This document shows, piece after piece, positions 42,341-52,650 of a stretch of DNA of 64,000 nucleotides. Source of the DNA: Alphaproteobacteria bacterium (GTDB lineage Bacteria; Pseudomonadota; Alphaproteobacteria; Rs-D84); the NCBI GenBank assembly GCA_015062525.1, contig SUUM01000001.1, positions 44,796 to 108,795 on the forward strand, read 5' to 3'. Numbering within the stretch: the first letter of the stretch is position 1; each line of letters opens with the position of its first letter. A program made the position numbers and the translations under genes. The notes below the pieces were generated by a model, which searched no databases, was not told the origin of the DNA, and saw nothing but the letters and a program-made list of their open reading frames with translations.

Positions 42341-42359
42341 AATATAACTCCTTACATAA

Positions 42360-42582
42360 AATAACCGCTCCAAGAAAAAAGCGGTCGGGAAGTTCAAAAA
42401 TCATTTGTTCATTGATTCCGTGGCCTTTCAGGAATCCCTGTGTTTTATAACCAACAACCCCCCGACATAGCGTCAGGGACGATAACGGTGCAAAAAGACA
42501 CCGAAACATCATGCTTTAACGATGCTTTCGCACCGGAACAAATGGGCTTTTGACAACCCCGAACCCAATCTCTTGGACTCAG
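42360..42582 (-). ncRNA. Unclassified structured RNA or leader
   Basis: Extended -10 TGATATAAT at 42588-42596; multiple stems with GNRA loops and mostly minus-strand-specific G-U pairs; ends in a terminator-like hairpin. Confidence 0.55.
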
Positions 42583-42651
42583 TACAAATTATATCATATA
42601 AAAGACACAAAAAACAATAAAAAACCGCCATACGGCGGTTTTTTCTCTCTT

Positions 42652-43899
42652 TTATATTTTTTTCAGCACCAACGATGCATTTGTTCCACCAAAACCAAAA
42701 GAATTGCTGATTACAACATCAACCTTGCGTTTTTTTGCAACATGTGGCACCAGGTCAAAATCCCCCACCGCATCTTCTGGGTCATCCAAGTTAATTGTTG
42801 GTGGCACAATACCGTCGCGAATCGCCAACACACAGAATATCGCCTCGACCGCACCGGCCGCCCCCAACAAATGCCCCGTCATAGATTTTGTTGATGACAT
42901 ACAAACATCTGTCCCAGCAAACAAATCCTGCACCGCCGCCAATTCACCAACATCACCCAACCCAGTTGATGTACCGTGCGCATTAACATAGTCCACATCC
43001 GATGGTTTTAATCCCGCATCCGCCAGCGCAGACATCATTGCACGTTTACCACCCTCGCCATTTGGGGCGGGCGCCGTTATATGATACGCATCAGCCGACA
43101 TACCGTAACCTGCAACCTCGGCATAAATTTTTGCACCACGCGCAACGGCATGCTCGTATTCTTCCAGAACCAAGACACCGGCGCCTTCGGCCATAATAAA
43201 CCCATCACGATTTTTATCCCATGGACGCGATGCTGCCGCTGGATTATCATTACGCGTACTTAACGCTTTCATTGCCGAAAAACCAGCTAACGCAATACGA
43301 CTGACCGCACCTTCGGCACCACCACAAACCATAATATCTGCATCACCATATTGAATCATACGCGCCGCCTCGCCAATAGAATGCGCGCCGGTTGCACACG
43401 CCGTCACCACAGAAATATTTGGCCCCTTGAATCCATATTTAATGGAAATATTTCCCGCGGCCATATTAATAATCCCCTTGGGGATAAAGAACGGACTAAC
43501 GCGACGTGGTCCACCAGTATGCAATTCAATACAGTTATCATAGATTGTATTAAAACCACCAATACCACTGCCCACAGAAACACCTATGCGGGTTTTATCA
43601 CCTTCGTATGTATCCAACCCAGCATCTTTGATGGCTTCATCCGCCGCCACAATGCCATATATTTCACATTTATCCAGCTTGCGCTGTTCACGCGCGTCAA
43701 CGACACTGTCTGGATTATATTGCCCTGGTTCTGTTCCAACCTCTGGGACGCCTGCGATTTGCGATGCCAAATCTTCTACTTCAAAAGAATCGACTTTACG
43801 CACACCTGATTTACCCGCCAATATATTTTTCCATGCATGTTCAACCCCTGTTCCAACTGGGGACACAATACCCATACCTGTAATAACAACTCTTCTCAT
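42652..43899 (-). CDS. fabF: Beta-ketoacyl-ACP synthase II
   Basis: MRRVVITGMG, TACATG, NAHGTST, KSMTGHLLGAAG, NSFGFGGTN. Confidence 0.97.
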   Translation of the reverse strand: MRRVVITGMGIVSPVGTGVEHAWKNILAGKSGVRKVDSFEVEDLASQIAGVPEVGTEPGQYNPDSVVDAREQRKLDKCEIYGIVAADEAIKDAGLDTYEGDKTRIGVSVGSGIGGFNTIYDNCIELHTGGPRRVSPFFIPKGIINMAAGNISIKYGFKGPNISVVTACATGAHSIGEAARMIQYGDADIMVCGGAEGAVSRIALAGFSAMKALSTRNDNPAAASRPWDKNRDGFIMAEGAGVLVLEEYEHAVARGAKIYAEVAGYGMSADAYHITAPAPNGEGGKRAMMSALADAGLKPSDVDYVNAHGTSTGLGDVGELAAVQDLFAGTDVCMSSTKSMTGHLLGAAGAVEAIFCVLAIRDGIVPPTINLDDPEDAVGDFDLVPHVAKKRKVDVVISNSFGFGGTNASLVLKKI

Positions 43900-44024
43900 A
43901 ACATATATTCCTTTGGTATAACTAACATACGCCCATAATGATATACTGTTTAAGTAAAAAAAAACAATAAAAAAATCCGCCGACACAACTGCGCCGACGG
44001 AAAAAAACTTAACAAGAACAAATC

Positions 44025-44261
44025 TTAGTTTTTCTTATGTTCATCGATGTATTTAACAGCATCGCCAACTTTTTCCAATTTTGTTGCTGCATCATCTGGA
44101 ATTGTGATGTCAAATTCTTTTTCAACTTCCATAACAAATTCTACAACGTCCAGGGAATCAGCACCCAAGTCATTAACAAATGTCGCAGTTTCTGTAACTT
44201 TGTCTTCTGACACGCCCAGTTTTTCAACTACGATTTTCTTTACTTTTTCAAAAGTTGTCAT
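44025..44261 (-). CDS. acpP: Acyl carrier protein
   Basis: [11 protein letters not shown]. Confidence 0.97.
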   Translation of the reverse strand: MTTFEKVKKIVVEKLGVSEDKVTETATFVNDLGADSLDVVEFVMEVEKEFDITIPDDAATKLEKVGDAVKYIDEHKKN

Positions 44262-44391
44262 TTCTTTTCCTTTGTTTTAGTTAAATTGTTTGGTCCATAC
44301 CACGACCGTCATTATATACTAAACTATCATTTTATAGAATACGTGTCAAGAAATTATAACAAACGATAACAAATACTTGACAAACACAAAA

Positions 44392-45399
44392 TTATATGCT
44401 TGGGGCGCATACATCATCCAACAACGAATTAATATTTGCACGCAAGTCCTCTTTATCAGATGCCCAAACCAAGCGACGCATCAAAAACTTATGCACATCA
44501 TCCATTGTTAAATTCGGAATACCGGCGGCCGCCACCACACGCCGCCATGCGGTACGCGGATCAATCAGGTGCATTCCACCACGCCCTGGAAACACCCAAT
44601 GCCCATCCTGGGGGAAATCCTGCAACAATACAATTGCCCTATCTGACAACGGACGCGAATTCCACATATCATGATTAAAATCTAAATCTTCCCATGCCAT
44701 AGCAAAGATTTTTGACCGTGGTGCAAAGCCATAAATCTGCATCAAAAACGCACCACGCAAAATAGTATCATCAACCTGATTAATCGCGCTTATCAAGCGT
44801 TGCAACCCCGCCTTATTCAGCGGGCGCACGCGCCGATTTTGTTTTATTTTTTCCAACCCCGCAACCGGATTAGATTTCACATACCCCATTTCCAGCGCAT
44901 AATTAAAAACACTTTGCAACAGTTCCTGCATACGTGCCGCGATCGCCACCCCACGAATATTTTGCACGCACGCGCACACATCATCAGATTTTATTTCTGA
45001 TATTTTTTTATCAAACAAACAACCCAGGTGCCGATTAATTGCACGCACTAATTTCATATGCGAATCTTCACCACGACGCACCTTGTTGGCCAGATATAAA
45101 TCCAAAAATTGTTTGAATGAAATTTTTTTTCTGCGCACAGGCGGTTTTTTTGATGCATTTTCCAGAATATGTGGCACCGCGCTGCGTGCATCTTCTATAT
45201 CAACATCGGGATATTTACCAATTAAAATCCGCTTGTCCTTGCCACGCACACGTTTGCGCACAAAAAACGTTTTCACCCCACGACTTGTGATATACATACG
45301 CAGTCTTGGTTCTGAAATATCCTGGACAACATCAAAACCCGTGCTTGGTGCCGGCAAGTTATCCAAAATATACGTATTAAAATAAAACTGGTGTGCCAT
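44392..45399 (-). CDS. Integrase-derived protein (Arm DNA-binding domain plus degenerate tyrosine recombinase domain)
   Basis: LRMYITSRGVKTFF...IGKYPDVDIEDAR (Arm-binding), SNPV, RVRPL, WEDLDF, WVFPG, AAGIPNL; HxxR and LGH...Y motifs are missing. Confidence 0.8.
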   Translation of the reverse strand: MAHQFYFNTYILDNLPAPSTGFDVVQDISEPRLRMYITSRGVKTFFVRKRVRGKDKRILIGKYPDVDIEDARSAVPHILENASKKPPVRRKKISFKQFLDLYLANKVRRGEDSHMKLVRAINRHLGCLFDKKISEIKSDDVCACVQNIRGVAIAARMQELLQSVFNYALEMGYVKSNPVAGLEKIKQNRRVRPLNKAGLQRLISAINQVDDTILRGAFLMQIYGFAPRSKIFAMAWEDLDFNHDMWNSRPLSDRAIVLLQDFPQDGHWVFPGRGGMHLIDPRTAWRRVVAAAGIPNLTMDDVHKFLMRRLVWASDKEDLRANINSLLDDVCAPSI

Positions 45400-45417
45400 C
45401 CTGGCCCTTTTTTGTTT

Positions 45418-45828
45418 TTATCTTACATTTGCAAACTTATTTGACCAATACTGCGAACAAAGCCTTTCATACTCATTGAATTTTTGCCTATTATCACAAT
45501 ATATATTATTTTCTTTACGCATCATACACCAATCATTTTGACATTTTTGCTCATTACCTTTTGGTCCAAAATACAAACAACGCCTAGCAGAAAAATGACA
45601 AATATCTTCAACAAACATTTCCATATTATCAGTCAACTGCTTACATTTAACACACGCACTACCACCCCTGATATCTTCACCTTTGTCATAATACTTTATT
45701 AAGCCAACGCCCGATTGAACCATATCTTTTTCTGCCTGATATAATGCTTTTTTCAATTTTATATACTCGCGCCAATCAACAACCAACTGAGCTATCGGTG
45801 TTTTTTTTACGTAATTAAACCATTCCAT
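45418..45828 (-). CDS. Hypothetical Cys-containing protein
   Basis: AT-rich ORF with AAGGA SD, directly after lepA. Confidence 0.65.
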   Translation of the reverse strand: MEWFNYVKKTPIAQLVVDWREYIKLKKALYQAEKDMVQSGVGLIKYYDKGEDIRGGSACVKCKQLTDNMEMFVEDICHFSARRCLYFGPKGNEQKCQNDWCMMRKENNIYCDNRQKFNEYERLCSQYWSNKFANVR

Positions 45829-45844
45829 AACCAATCCTTTTATT

Positions 45845-47638
45845 TCACGATACCTTTAACGCATTAATAAACGCACTTTGCGGAATTTCTACATTGCCGA
45901 ACGAACGCATACGCTTTTTACCCTCTTTCTGCTTTTCCAGCAACTTGCGCTTACGTGTAATATCCCCCCCATAGCATTTTGCAGTCACATCTTTGCGGTA
46001 TGCTGCGATTGTCTCTCTTGCTATAATCTTGCCACCAATTGCGGCCTGTAATGGAATTTTGAATTGATGACGTGGGATTAAATCCTTTAATTTTTCCACA
46101 ATCTGGCGTCCTCGTTTTTCTGCAAACGACCTATGACACATAAATGACAGCGGTTCAACATTTTCTTCGTTGACCAAGATATTAACTTTCACCAAATCAG
46201 ACGCTTGATACCCATACACAACATAGTCAAACGACGCATACCCAGATGAAATAGACTTTACCCGATCATAGAAATCAAACACAATTTCCGCCAATGGCAA
46301 TTGATACACCAACACCGCGCGATTACCAACATAAGATATGTTTTCTTGAACCCCACGACGTTCCGAACACAGGGCCATAATCCCCCCCATATATTTATCA
46401 GGCATCATAATCGTCGCACGCACCCAAGGTTCTTCGATTGCGGCGATTCGTGTTGGCTCTGGCATATCGGCTGGATTTTCTAAATCAATCACCGACCCAT
46501 CACGCATATGAATTTTATACAGCACGCTTGGCACCGTATTAATCAGATTCAGATTAAATTCACGCGCCAAACGTTCACTAATAATTTCCATATGCAGCAA
46601 CCCCAAAAACCCGCACCGCAGACCAAACCCCAACGCAGATGATTTTTCTACCGTGAACACAAAGGACGCATCATTCAACGCCAACTTTTCTGCACTTTCA
46701 CGGAATGTTGGATAATCGTCGGCCTCGACTGGAAAGAACGATGAAAACACCACCGGCACAGACGGTTTAAATCCAGGCAACATCTGCGCATTATCATACT
46801 TCGAATCGATAATAGTGTCCCCAACCTTGCAATCATGAATTGTCTTCATACCGGTAATAATAAATCCAATTTCCCCGGTATGCAGTTTATCAACATTAAC
46901 CATTTTTGGCGTAAAGTACCCAATCTTATCGACAACATATTCTGCGCCCGTTGCCATAAATTTAATTTTTTGACCGCGGGACAACGTGCCATCAACCACA
47001 CGTACTAAAACCACCACGCCCAAATAAGAATCGTACCAAGAATCAACCAACAGCGCACGCGTCGGTGCATTTTCATCCCCATGTGGTGCGGGCAATTTAT
47101 TAACAATTTCTTCCAGCAATTCCGGCACACCATCGCCGGTTTTACCCGACACAGCCAATGCATCCCCTGCATCCAACCCAATCACATCTGCAATTTGTTC
47201 ACGCGTACCCTCTACATCACTGGACGGCAAATCAATCTTGTTCAATACGGGCAACATTTCCAAATCATTATCCAATGCCAAATATGCATTTGCCAATGTC
47301 TGGGCCTGAACCCCCTGGGTTGCATCCACCAAAACCAACGCCCCTTCACACGCCGCCAACGACCGCGACACCTCGTATGAAAAGTCCACATGCCCCGGCG
47401 TATCCATCAGGTTTAATTGATACACCTCGCCATTTTTCGCCGTATAATTCAAACGCACGGTCTGGGCCTTGATTGTAATTCCGCGTTCACGTTCAATATC
47501 CATAGAATCCAGCACTTGTGCCTTCATCTCGCGCGATTGCAGACCACCTGTAAATTCAATCAATCGATCTGACAAAGTCGATTTACCATGATCAATATGT
47601 GCAACGATTGAAAAATTCCGGATATTAGATTGCTTCAT
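45845..47638 (-). CDS. lepA: Elongation factor 4 (LepA)
   Basis: [41 protein letters not shown]. Confidence 0.99.
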   Translation of the reverse strand: MKQSNIRNFSIVAHIDHGKSTLSDRLIEFTGGLQSREMKAQVLDSMDIERERGITIKAQTVRLNYTAKNGEVYQLNLMDTPGHVDFSYEVSRSLAACEGALVLVDATQGVQAQTLANAYLALDNDLEMLPVLNKIDLPSSDVEGTREQIADVIGLDAGDALAVSGKTGDGVPELLEEIVNKLPAPHGDENAPTRALLVDSWYDSYLGVVVLVRVVDGTLSRGQKIKFMATGAEYVVDKIGYFTPKMVNVDKLHTGEIGFIITGMKTIHDCKVGDTIIDSKYDNAQMLPGFKPSVPVVFSSFFPVEADDYPTFRESAEKLALNDASFVFTVEKSSALGFGLRCGFLGLLHMEIISERLAREFNLNLINTVPSVLYKIHMRDGSVIDLENPADMPEPTRIAAIEEPWVRATIMMPDKYMGGIMALCSERRGVQENISYVGNRAVLVYQLPLAEIVFDFYDRVKSISSGYASFDYVVYGYQASDLVKVNILVNEENVEPLSFMCHRSFAEKRGRQIVEKLKDLIPRHQFKIPLQAAIGGKIIARETIAAYRKDVTAKCYGGDITRKRKLLEKQKEGKKRMRSFGNVEIPQSAFINALKVS

Positions 47639-47647
47639 GTTATTACC

Positions 47648-48061
47648 AGTGGTTAGTGATTAGTGCAAGTGTTCAGTGAATGAATCAATCCAGATAACAT
47701 CCGCGACACTTCCGCTATATCTTTAAGTATTTTTTCTGCCTTGTTTTTTTCTACAAACCCCAAAGCAAACGCTAAATCTATCTGCGTTTCCAGCTCTGCG
47801 GCAGACCCTTTTGCCACATATACAAAACGCACATATTCCTTGGTTGTTCCCCGCGCGGCCCCTTCTGCCAAATTGGAACAAATTGACACAGCAGCCCTGC
47901 GCATTTGTGAAACCAACCCAAACTGCTCATTCTGTGGAAAGCAAGCCGTCGCCTTATATACATCAACGGCCAGATTAAACCCGCATTTATATACTGTTAA
48001 ATCCTTAACCGATTTCATGTATTCCATCACTAGCCACTAACAACTTACACTAACCACTAAA
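47648..48061. repeat. Inverted heptamer arrays (CACTAAC-type) flanking the four-helix-bundle gene
   Basis: AGTGGTTAGTGATTAGTGCAAGTGTTCAGTG (47648-47678) versus CACTAGCCACTAACAACTTACACTAACCACTA (48028-48059). Confidence 0.75.
47653..48027 (-). CDS. Four-helix-bundle protein (23S rRNA IVP / Avd-like family)
   Basis: KDLTVY...[27 protein letters not shown]...[13 protein letters not shown]. Confidence 0.92.
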   Translation of the reverse strand: MEYMKSVKDLTVYKCGFNLAVDVYKATACFPQNEQFGLVSQMRRAAVSICSNLAEGAARGTTKEYVRFVYVAKGSAAELETQIDLAFALGFVEKNKAEKILKDIAEVSRMLSGLIHSLNTCTNH

Positions 48062-48128
48062 TTGCCCTATGCGGCAATGATATACCAGTATTCCCGCATT
48101 CGCAAGGTGAATTTTTGCACAAAAACAA

Positions 48129-48479
48129 TTATTTCAAATTATTCAGCAATTCATCGATACGCGCGGCACGTTCCATTGTATCATCATATTGAAATTTAAT
48201 ATCAGGCACATATTTCTGATTCATGCGCGCGGCTAATTCAAACCGCACCATGCGCGTAATCGCGTCCAACCGCGCCTGCACCGCCGCCACATCCGGATTG
48301 CGTGTATAGAAATACAACCGCACGAATTGCAATCCCCCATGGGAATCTGCCCCCACCAACGACACCCCGGAAATCAGCGCATCATCACCATAATTATCGC
48401 GCAGAATTTCCGCCACCAGTGTTTGCACCTTACTTGCGACCCGTTCACCCCGATTTGAATTAAATTGTTTTTTTGGCAT
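48129..48479 (-). CDS. rbfA: Ribosome-binding factor A
   Basis: NRGERVA, KYVPDIKFQYDDTMERAARIDELL. Confidence 0.88.
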   Translation of the reverse strand: MPKKQFNSNRGERVASKVQTLVAEILRDNYGDDALISGVSLVGADSHGGLQFVRLYFYTRNPDVAAVQARLDAITRMVRFELAARMNQKYVPDIKFQYDDTMERAARIDELLNNLK

Positions 48480-48560
48480 GTATATTGTCTTTTTTTGTGT
48501 TATCATTGCTAAGATATAAGATATAAAAACACAATCAAGTAAATTTTTGTGGGGGCATAC

Positions 48561-49136
48561 ATGAAATTTTCAGAATACATATTGGCAAAATCAGAATCAC
48601 GCGCCTATTCATGGGTTGTATTTTTACTGACCATATGTGAATCCATATTTCTTTTCATCCCGCCCGAGGTTTTTATGACCCCACCCATCATCGCGAACAA
48701 GAAGCGCGCCCTTCCAATCACGGTTGCGGCGGCGCTGGGTTCAATTGTTGGTGGCATATTGGCATACATGATTGGCATGTGGCTGTACGATTCGGTTGGC
48801 ATTTGGCTGATTGAAACATTTTCGAATCCAGAATTAATCGAATCCACGGTCAAACCAATGTTTAGCAAATATGGCATTTGGATAATTGTACTTACCGCGG
48901 TCACCCCGATACCGTATAAATTGCTTGCGATATGGCTGGGGTTTATCGGCTATCCATTATGGATATTTATTGCAGTATCCGCAATATTCCGCACGGGCCG
49001 CTTTGCAATTGTGGGTTCCCTGCTCTATTTATTCCAGGAACGCGCAAACGCGATTGTCAAGAAATACTTCTGGCCATTAACAATCGGGGCAATCATCGCT
49101 GCCGGCCTGGGCATATGCCTGGTAAGTCTATTTTAA
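48561..49136 (+). CDS. YqaA/DedA (VTT domain) membrane protein
   Basis: ESIFLFIPPEV, GSIVGGILAY, TPIPYK, RTGRF. Confidence 0.88.
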   Translation: MKFSEYILAKSESRAYSWVVFLLTICESIFLFIPPEVFMTPPIIANKKRALPITVAAALGSIVGGILAYMIGMWLYDSVGIWLIETFSNPELIESTVKPMFSKYGIWIIVLTAVTPIPYKLLAIWLGFIGYPLWIFIAVSAIFRTGRFAIVGSLLYLFQERANAIVKKYFWPLTIGAIIAAGLGICLVSLF

Positions 49137-49180
49137 TCCCCTTCGCCCCGCGGGATTTTTTTCAAAGCACATATTACTCA

Positions 49181-49657
49181 GATAAATAAAAGTTTAGCAA
49201 AAATATTAATTTTTAGAAATTAAACACCATTACCTGCCCCCGTCGGGCCCCGAAAAATTCAGATGAATTTTTTGGGTGACTTTGTGGGGCGGGACAGTTT
49301 TACTTGACCCGCCATGCGGGGCTTTAGTAAAACTTGGGTGGGGGCAAATATGACAAAACATCGCATACGATAACATCAGAACAGAATACATAGAATCCCA
49401 GGGCTATAAACTAATCCGTATTCCCAATACATATTTGACCCGCACAGGAATAGATGAAGTTGTTCATACTTTGCACAGGTGCATACAAGACAATCTGGAT
49501 GTGCATAATTATTTTGTGTCTCGATATAACTAACACCCCCCACCCCGGAATTCCAACGCCAATAAATTGTCGGGAATTCCGCCCGCCCCACACACGGGGG
49601 GCAGGTAATGGTGCTTAATTTCTAAAAATTAATATCTCTGTTAAACTTTTATTTAGC
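49181..49657 (+). mobile_element. Second non-autonomous (200-bp deleted) copy of the DUF559 cassette
   Basis: Same deletion junction and diagnostic SNPs as 14666-15142. Confidence 0.85.
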
Positions 49658-49738
49658 GCAGTATTATTTATTCATTAACTGCACTCTGCACTCTGAACTC
49701 TGAACACTAAAAATCCCCGCCATTCGGCGGGGATTTTA

Positions 49739-50329
49739 TTATTCAACCCAAATAGTTGCATACGTTGTTGACGTCGCCGAGCCAGATGGAATCACACCTA
49801 TCTTACCCAAGCCCGCAATAGTTGGTGTTGCCACAGGAATTGTCGCTGTTGTCGGGCTTGTTGCATTTGCACCGAACGTTGCTATTGCTGTATTCGTAGC
49901 ACCATTTTGAATGGTCAAAATGGCTGTTCCAACCGTGGGCAATGTTGCCCCCCGATCAACAGTCAACCTACCTTCCTTGGCGGAAATATCTGTAACCAGT
50001 GTCCCCGTACCAGATTCCGTAACCGCCACAGGCACAACATTACCAGCCGCATCTGTAATCAAAAACATATTAGCCTTACCAGACCCCAGCTCAACACTAA
50101 CTTTCTGCGCTGCGGCACTTGCTGCACTATTCGCACTGGCCTGCGCATTTGCCGCCGCAGTCGCCGCCGCATTTGCCGCCTGCCCCGCAGAATTCGCCAA
50201 CTGCGCAACATAAGACGCCCCTGCAAGTCCCGTCACCGATGTATCTGCATTTGAATAAGCGGCCCACGCAGCATCGACCGCAAACAAAGCACACACAGAC
50301 ACAGCAAAACTAAACCTTTTATAGAACAT
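49739..50329 (-). CDS. Secreted Ala/Thr-rich fibre-like protein
   Basis: Signal-like N-terminus, Ala-rich coiled segment, PTVGTAILTIQNG..ATFGAN. Confidence 0.7.
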   Translation of the reverse strand: MFYKRFSFAVSVCALFAVDAAWAAYSNADTSVTGLAGASYVAQLANSAGQAANAAATAAANAQASANSAASAAAQKVSVELGSGKANMFLITDAAGNVVPVAVTESGTGTLVTDISAKEGRLTVDRGATLPTVGTAILTIQNGATNTAIATFGANATSPTTATIPVATPTIAGLGKIGVIPSGSATSTTYATIWVE

Positions 50330-50470
50330 GACCCCCACCATTTTTTTAAACTCTCTCACTCTTACATCACATTATATCACAACATTACCCCATAAACAAA
50401 TTTAATTACAAAAAAAAGTCTGATACAAATTCTTGTATCAGACCCAACATAGTATATATATTTATGCTTA

Positions 50471-51577
50471 TTATTCTCTCACAACTTCCCAAGCATATTT
50501 TCCAGCCTTATAGGTCAATGCACATTTTTCTTCTGCACACTCTGGATCCTTTGGCATTGCAGTAAACATATCTACCCAAGCACCATCGTTATTTGTAACA
50601 TAAAAGTTATCCCCAGATTCACCCATTGGCGCCGCTACCTGTTTGTCAGCCAAAGCAGTCTTAATCGCATATTGTGTCACCGTACCATCGACATCATCAC
50701 CCGTAACGTTGTTGTGCAATTTGAGCACTCCCGGAGCAGTTGAACTTGCCCCAGTCCCCTTAATAGTCAGCTTACCATCCTGACCCTGCTCAATTGCAAC
50801 ACCATTGGACGCAGTGATATTTTCATTAACCACCAATTTATCTTGCTTCCCAGCCAACTCAGTTTTTGTCGCATAGGTTGTCGTAATTACATTACCACTT
50901 CCGTCCTTAGTCGCTTGCGCCGCAAGACCACCATAACTGGTTATCGGGGTTACAACCCCACCTGCACTCACATAAACAGGAGTCTTCACATCACCAACAG
51001 CTTCCCCAGTCGTTGTCAACCTTACCGCCGTGGACGCATTTTGCTTCTCATTCAACGCAGTCTGCAATCCACTAACCTTATTTATCGACAATGTCGGGAT
51101 ATCAGATGCAGTCAAAGAAGAACTTCCCGTCACCAACCCCTTCGCATCATACGTAATTTTGGTCCCAGTTCCAGCTTGAATTGCATTATTTGCAACAACC
51201 GCCGCATTTGCCTTAGTCAAAGCACTATCCGCAGTTGTCTGCGCTGTCGCCGCATTTGTTTTTGCTGTATTCGCAGTAGTCTGCGCTGTCGCCGCATTCG
51301 CTTTTGCTGTATCCGCAGTAGACTGCGCTGTCGCCGCATTTGTTTTTGCTGTATTCGCAGCAGTCTGCGCCGCCGCAGCTTCGGTTGCAACCTCTTTAAT
51401 AGCGGCAACAACTGTTGTCGCGTCCGTCCCCATATTGTCCGAATTTACCGTACCAATGGTTGATGCATCTTGTTTACCCGCAAGTCCATTAGTTACATAG
51501 TCAACCGACGCGATATCCGCATTTGCGGCGGTTGCGATTAACAAAGCACCCAAAGAAACAGTTAGTATTTTTTTTAT
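50471..51577 (-). CDS. Secreted tail-fibre/adhesin-like protein with a 14-aa tandem repeat; apparent ATA start
   Basis: AATAQTTANTAKTN repeats (42-bp unit), KITYDAKGLVT, LAGKQD. SD GGAAGGGA precedes in-frame ATA AAA AAA ATA CTA. Confidence 0.7.
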   Translation of the reverse strand: MKKILTVSLGALLIATAANADIASVDYVTNGLAGKQDASTIGTVNSDNMGTDATTVVAAIKEVATEAAAAQTAANTAKTNAATAQSTADTAKANAATAQTTANTAKTNAATAQTTADSALTKANAAVVANNAIQAGTGTKITYDAKGLVTGSSSLTASDIPTLSINKVSGLQTALNEKQNASTAVRLTTTGEAVGDVKTPVYVSAGGVVTPITSYGGLAAQATKDGSGNVITTTYATKTELAGKQDKLVVNENITASNGVAIEQGQDGKLTIKGTGASSTAPGVLKLHNNVTGDDVDGTVTQYAIKTALADKQVAAPMGESGDNFYVTNNDGAWVDMFTAMPKDPECAEEKCALTYKAGKYAWEVVRE

Positions 51578-51720
51578 AATTTCCCTTCCTTTATCTTAAG
51601 ATAATTTAATTATACCCAAAAAAACGAATCGACGCAAGGGCTTTTTTCCAATTTCAACAATTTTTTTACTGTTAACACACACGTATAAAAAAAACGCAGA
51701 CTTCTCTGCGTTTTTTTTAA

Positions 51721-52650
51721 TCATCTTGCGATAACTTCCCATTCATACCCCACTGTACCATCAGCACGTACCCCAAATGTCAGAACACATTTACTACTTT
51801 CATCACTGCACGCCTCCAAAGGTGCTGCGATAATCTTACCAGTTTCATCGGTAACCATGACCTTGTGTCCATTTTCCTCACCCTGGTCCACATTAAGCTT
51901 AGCATTAACCACCGTATGCACAGCCTTGGCACTGGGGTATTGGGTGGCTGTTGAACTTGCATTAACTGTTTGTGTCATATTAGATGTTGTTTCAACACCA
52001 TCCAGGCTGGGAATTTCACTACGCAACACCATCAAAGCCCTAACTATATCCTCGGCTGATGCGGGAATTCGCCCCTCGATACCGGTGAACGAATCCAGAT
52101 CCCTGATTGTATCGCCATCCGTATTTGCATAAATAATATCCGTCCAACGTTGTTGTGTGGCCTGAATTTTACCATTCACCTGATCCAATCTTGAAATATA
52201 CGCATGTCCGATTTCCAACCCCTCGGTCGGTCCAGTTCCGGCCGTGGTATAATCCAAAGCATCAAATTTACCCCACACTGCCTCGGCGCTGGGGTACTGA
52301 ACTTCTGTTGAATTTTCATCAATCGTCTGGGTTTTATTTGACTTATCTTCTTTATTGTTCAACGGAACAATCGCGGTATCATAAACCGCCTTGGCACTGG
52401 GGTACTTGACGGCTGTTGAATTTTCATCAATCGTCTGGGTTTTATTAGAAAGTAATTCAAACGCATCAAAACCAGAAAACAATTCATTAATCGCGGCAAC
52501 CAAACTGGTTTTATCCGACGTATCTAACCGCGACAACGAACCAGCAATCGAATCAACATAGCCCTTTGATGCAACGGCACGAACCTCTGCTGCATTGGCC
52601 GCACATACCGCCATACCGCCCATAAATAATCCAAGTGCGATTCGTTTCAT
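51721..52650 (-). CDS. Secreted tail-fibre/adhesin-like protein
   Basis: Signal peptide, VASKGYVD, KTSLVAAINE, three TQT..NST..YPSA.AV repeats. Confidence 0.75.
   Translation of the reverse strand: MKRIALGLFMGGMAVCAANAAEVRAVASKGYVDSIAGSLSRLDTSDKTSLVAAINELFSGFDAFELLSNKTQTIDENSTAVKYPSAKAVYDTAIVPLNNKEDKSNKTQTIDENSTEVQYPSAEAVWGKFDALDYTTAGTGPTEGLEIGHAYISRLDQVNGKIQATQQRWTDIIYANTDGDTIRDLDSFTGIEGRIPASAEDIVRALMVLRSEIPSLDGVETTSNMTQTVNASSTATQYPSAKAVHTVVNAKLNVDQGEENGHKVMVTDETGKIIAAPLEACSDESSKCVLTFGVRADGTVGYEWEVIAR

Noticed and set aside
42360-42582. Retron msr-msd
   Set aside because: It has a closing stem, but there is no adjacent reverse transcriptase and no long msd-like hairpin.
47653-48027. Diversity-generating retroelement (Avd-like gene)
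   Set aside because: No reverse transcriptase and no TR/VR pair with adenine-specific mismatches seen in the window.
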